A DNA stretch of 64,000 nt from a virus (Duplodnaviria; Caudoviricetes): the IMG/VR virus record IMGVR_UViG_3300020047_005985, positions 32,001 to 96,000 of that record. One strand, written 5' to 3'. A program made the translations under genes and the position numbers. Position 1 is the first letter of the stretch; each line of letters starts with the position of its first letter. The notes under the pieces were generated by a model that was not told the origin of the DNA, searched no databases, and saw only the letters and a program-made list of their open reading frames with translations. Shown in pieces: positions 60,482-64,000 of the stretch.

Positions 60482-63198
60482 TGATAAACAAATACGATAA
60501 GTTTGTAGAAAAAGATTTTAGTTGGAAAACTTATATTCCTCAATTACCAGAATTAGATGTTGAACAACTAGATAAATTATTAGCAGGACAACAAGCTAAA
60601 ATAGATAACCTGGAACAAGTTAAAACTTTAATTCCAAATGCTCTACAAACTCCAGAAGATTTAGCTTTACAAAAGCAAGTTAAAAATTTAGTAGATTCTG
60701 GTTCACAACAAGTTTCAGAAGCTTTTTTAAAATCTCCTTCTGCTGGAAATTTAGCATATAAGAATTATATTAATCAGGTTAAAAAGGCTTATCAACCAGG
60801 TGGAGCAGCAGACGTATTGAATAAAAGGTATCAAGGCTACGCTGAATCTAAAAAAACTATAGATGATTATTATAAAGACGAAGTTAATCCTGTGTTTAAA
60901 CAATATGCTTATGACCAACTTCAACAGCAAGTTTTAGCTGGCCCTAAGTATAATCCTAACACTGGAGAATTTCAAACAGTTCAATCTCCTGAATTATTTA
61001 AAAATCCTAATCTCAGAAAAGCTATTTTAGAAACTGCAAAACAAATTGAAGAATCAGGTGATACACAATTCTTAGGAAATACTAATAAAGATTGGTGGAT
61101 TCAAAAGATTCAAAGTACAGGTAAATCTGAAGAAAAACTTAGATTAATAGCTCAAGCTTTAATGGAGCAACCTGAGTTTGCAAATGAATTAAAGGTTGAA
61201 CAATGGTATCAAGGTAGAAATGGTCAGGATGAAAAGATTACAGAAGGATTTAAAAAAGGAATGCAAAACCAACTAACAGGTTTAACTTCTCAAGCTAAAG
61301 ATGCTCAATTAGGTAAAGGTACTAAAGAATGGCAAGAATTTTTAGTAGATCAAGGATATGATGTATCTCCTGATGGAAGATACGGTGATAAGACTAGAAA
61401 AGCTACTGAAGATTTTTTAGAAAAGCAGAAAACTGTTTTAGACACTAACCTAGCTAGTCCAAATATTAAAGAAACTGCTGTAAGAAAACAAATAGAAAAA
61501 TCTTATTTAGATTATGCTGCTGGTCTCTCTAATAAAAAGATAAGTAAAGAATTAATCTTTAATAAGCAAAGAGAAGTACTAATGAAAGATGCTAGAGATA
61601 AAGAAAGAACTAAAGCATTACTTCAATTAAATGATAGATTAGCCCCTGTAGTTGATCCTGATATTCTAGTAACTCCTCAATCTGCTGTTAACTTAACATC
61701 TTCTTTTGAACTTTTAAAAGAGACTAAAGCTAATAAAGAAGCTTTTGAAAAAGGTGCTACTAAAACATTAACTCAAAATCCAAATTCTGTATTTAATGGA
61801 TGGACTATGGCTAATGTTGCAGAAGCTCAAAGATTATATAATGAAGTTCCTACTACTTTAGAAGGTAGGCATTTAACTGAAGTTGAAAGGCAACAGATGT
61901 TCAATGATAAGTTAAGAGAAAATAGTTCTTTTGGTTTTACTCCAGAACAAGTAACTAGTATCTACAATGGTATTAAAACTGATACTGGTGTAAATAGTAC
62001 ATTTGAACAATTGGCTGCTATGGATCATGCTGAAGAAATGTTAACTGCTCATACTGAACAAGTAGCCACTGCTTATGTGGATACACAAGAAGGTAAAAAA
62101 GCTATTTCTAATTTACGATCTTCTATTCAAGATCCATCTTTGAAAAGTTTATCAGATACTCAATTAGCTCAAGAAGCTTTAGTTAATCCTGAGAGGTTTG
62201 TAAAAACTTTTGTATCTGGGGCCAATCCAAATAGCAAAGTCCCATCTTCTGTTAAATCAAGGGATACTGCTATATTATCTGGAGAAGGTCAGAACCCAGC
62301 AGAATGGTATAAAAAAACAATGGAATCAGATATTCCTAAACTTCAGAAACAAGGCATAGACTTTAAAACTGAAAATATTTGGGGAATACATGCAGGGGAT
62401 AAAGATAAATTCTTAAGACCTGTTTACAATAATATCAATTCAGCCTTAAATAGTCAAGTAGAAAGTACATTTGCTTCTGAAGGAATGTCTGGTTTAGTAT
62501 TGCGAGATATGAAAGGTGAAGTAGTAGATGGTAAACCAATATTTAAAGATGGTTATGTTTCTGTTGGCCCTGATAATAAACCAGTATATAGAGCTGTTGG
62601 ACAACTACCAGGTAAACAAGGTCAACCTGGAAAAATGGTTTCTACCGAGATTAATCTAAATGATGGTAATCCAATTGCTAAAACTCTAGAAAGAGCAATG
62701 AGAAAAGAGTTAGCTCAAAATGCAGCTACTGACAATTGGACTAATGTTCATGCTATTGCTCAGAATTTATTTAAGTTTGATACTAATAATATTATAACTT
62801 CTAGACAAGAACAAGAAGCTCCTTTAAAAGGTGTTCAACCTCAAGCTATTAATATTATAGATAGAGATGGTACAGCAACAACTACTGAAAAATTAGGGTT
62901 TAAAACCAGAAAGATTAATACCAAGAATTATGGTGGTGTAAATTACTATACTTATGTAGGCCAAGATAAAACTGGTAATAAAGTATTCTTTAATGTAAGT
63001 GATGTAGTAGATCAATCTGGAAATCCAACTGGAGCCAGAGTTGTAATACCATTGAATAATGGAAAGAATTATACTTCTGATGTATCTGAAATAAATACTT
63101 TTAATTTAGCTGGTGAGATTATATCTCAAACTCCAGTAGAAAGAGAAGTTAAAAAGATACCAGAAGGTACAATACAAGCTATAACTGAATTTCAATAA
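60481..63198 (+). CDS. large internal virion protein
   Basis: 905 aa; includes L...GY....DG.YG..T..A (peptidoglycan-binding-like) segment. Confidence 0.7.
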   Translation: MINKYDKFVEKDFSWKTYIPQLPELDVEQLDKLLAGQQAKIDNLEQVKTLIPNALQTPEDLALQKQVKNLVDSGSQQVSEAFLKSPSAGNLAYKNYINQVKKAYQPGGAADVLNKRYQGYAESKKTIDDYYKDEVNPVFKQYAYDQLQQQVLAGPKYNPNTGEFQTVQSPELFKNPNLRKAILETAKQIEESGDTQFLGNTNKDWWIQKIQSTGKSEEKLRLIAQALMEQPEFANELKVEQWYQGRNGQDEKITEGFKKGMQNQLTGLTSQAKDAQLGKGTKEWQEFLVDQGYDVSPDGRYGDKTRKATEDFLEKQKTVLDTNLASPNIKETAVRKQIEKSYLDYAAGLSNKKISKELIFNKQREVLMKDARDKERTKALLQLNDRLAPVVDPDILVTPQSAVNLTSSFELLKETKANKEAFEKGATKTLTQNPNSVFNGWTMANVAEAQRLYNEVPTTLEGRHLTEVERQQMFNDKLRENSSFGFTPEQVTSIYNGIKTDTGVNSTFEQLAAMDHAEEMLTAHTEQVATAYVDTQEGKKAISNLRSSIQDPSLKSLSDTQLAQEALVNPERFVKTFVSGANPNSKVPSSVKSRDTAILSGEGQNPAEWYKKTMESDIPKLQKQGIDFKTENIWGIHAGDKDKFLRPVYNNINSALNSQVESTFASEGMSGLVLRDMKGEVVDGKPIFKDGYVSVGPDNKPVYRAVGQLPGKQGQPGKMVSTEINLNDGNPIAKTLERAMRKELAQNAATDNWTNVHAIAQNLFKFDTNNIITSRQEQEAPLKGVQPQAINIIDRDGTATTTEKLGFKTRKINTKNYGGVNYYTYVGQDKTGNKVFFNVSDVVDQSGNPTGARVVIPLNNGKNYTSDVSEINTFNLAGEIISQTPVEREVKKIPEGTIQAITEFQ

Positions 63199-64000
63199 TG
63201 TCGAAATTTAAAATTCCCAATAAAGATAGTTCGTTAAATCCTTACCAGCAAAGAGATGTTCTTACTGGTAGGAATTTAATGACAGTGCAACCAACAGATC
63301 CTTTTCTTGGTGCATCTCAAAGTCCATTAGAAGATTTCTCTACATTAGAAGTAGATCCAGGTCAATCTTTATATGGTAATTCTGGATTTGCAGCACAAGT
63401 TATTAATGAAAGAAAAGCTTATAACCAAGGAGCTTTAGAGTTATTAGGTAAAGGTGCTTATAATGTAGTTAAAACTATTGGTATTGAAGTTGGTAAGACA
63501 CCAGGTTATATTGCAGGTATAGGAAGTGCTATTGCCAATGAAACATTAGGGGATGGTAAAAACTCTATGCAAATGATTGTTGATAATGCATGGGTGAATG
63601 CATTTGAGCAATTAGATGAAAAAGCTAAAGAGTTCATGCCTGTTCATATTTCTAAACAGGTACAAGAAGGTGGATTATTAGATAAATTAGGATCTGGTGC
63701 ATGGTGGGCAACTACTGGTGCAGAAGGTCTAGGATTTATGTTATCTATGTATGCACCTGGAGCAGCAGCCAAAGCTTTGAAAATTGGTTCCGGTATAGCA
63801 TCTGTTGGAGAAGGTTTAGCTAATATAAGTACTAGACTTGGTAAAACCGCAACTGGTGAATCTTGGGTAGCTAGGTTAGGATTAATGGAAGCTGCTGGCG
63901 AATCTGGTTTTAAATATACTACTGACTTTGCTAGAAATGCAAATGGTTATGCTTCTGCTGCTATTAATACAACATTAGAAGCTTCTGCTGAAGCTGCTAA
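63198..64000 (+). CDS. giant virion cargo protein, 5' partial
   Basis: ATG overlaps previous TAA; open to window end (MSKFKIPN...NERKAYNQ...WW...AEGLGF). Confidence 0.8.
   Translation, partial: MSKFKIPNKDSSLNPYQQRDVLTGRNLMTVQPTDPFLGASQSPLEDFSTLEVDPGQSLYGNSGFAAQVINERKAYNQGALELLGKGAYNVVKTIGIEVGKTPGYIAGIGSAIANETLGDGKNSMQMIVDNAWVNAFEQLDEKAKEFMPVHISKQVQEGGLLDKLGSGAWWATTGAEGLGFMLSMYAPGAAAKALKIGSGIASVGEGLANISTRLGKTATGESWVARLGLMEAAGESGFKYTTDFARNANGYASAAINTTLEASAEAA

Noticed and set aside
1-64000. CRISPR array, diversity-generating retroelement, or Ro60/TROVE gene
   Set aside because: No repeat-spacer array, reverse transcriptase motif or TROVE-like ORF was recognised in this window.

Overview
This is an AT-rich 64 kb segment of a crAss-like (Crassvirales-type) phage, probably infecting a Bacteroidota host (TAnnTTTG promoter motifs). 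The standard genetic code reads all long genes. The left ~22.6 kb is on the minus strand. It holds an SF2 helicase split by a group I intron (GIY-YIG ORF), a SleB-like hydrolase, many small hypothetical genes, and a ~9 kb tRNA region with 8 plausible functional tRNAs plus several unusual tRNA-shaped RNAs. After a structured strand-switch region (~22.6-23.0 kb), the plus strand carries the late module: HU-like and GroES-like genes, a terminase split by a group I intron (LAGLIDADG ORF, apparently no P9), GroEL, portal, a free-standing GIY-YIG gene, scaffold, major capsid, head/tail proteins, fibres, holin and lysin, phosphoesterase, nuclease, muzzle and large cargo proteins. The most striking signals are non-coding: a circularly permuted tRNA-like RNA with a UAG-repeat leader directly behind a 251-aa gene (7203-8180), a complete tRNA nested inside the anticodon loop of another tRNA (15057-15207), and further tRNA mimics whose anticodon arm is replaced or enlarged. 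Family assignments come from motif recognition and gene order, not database searches.
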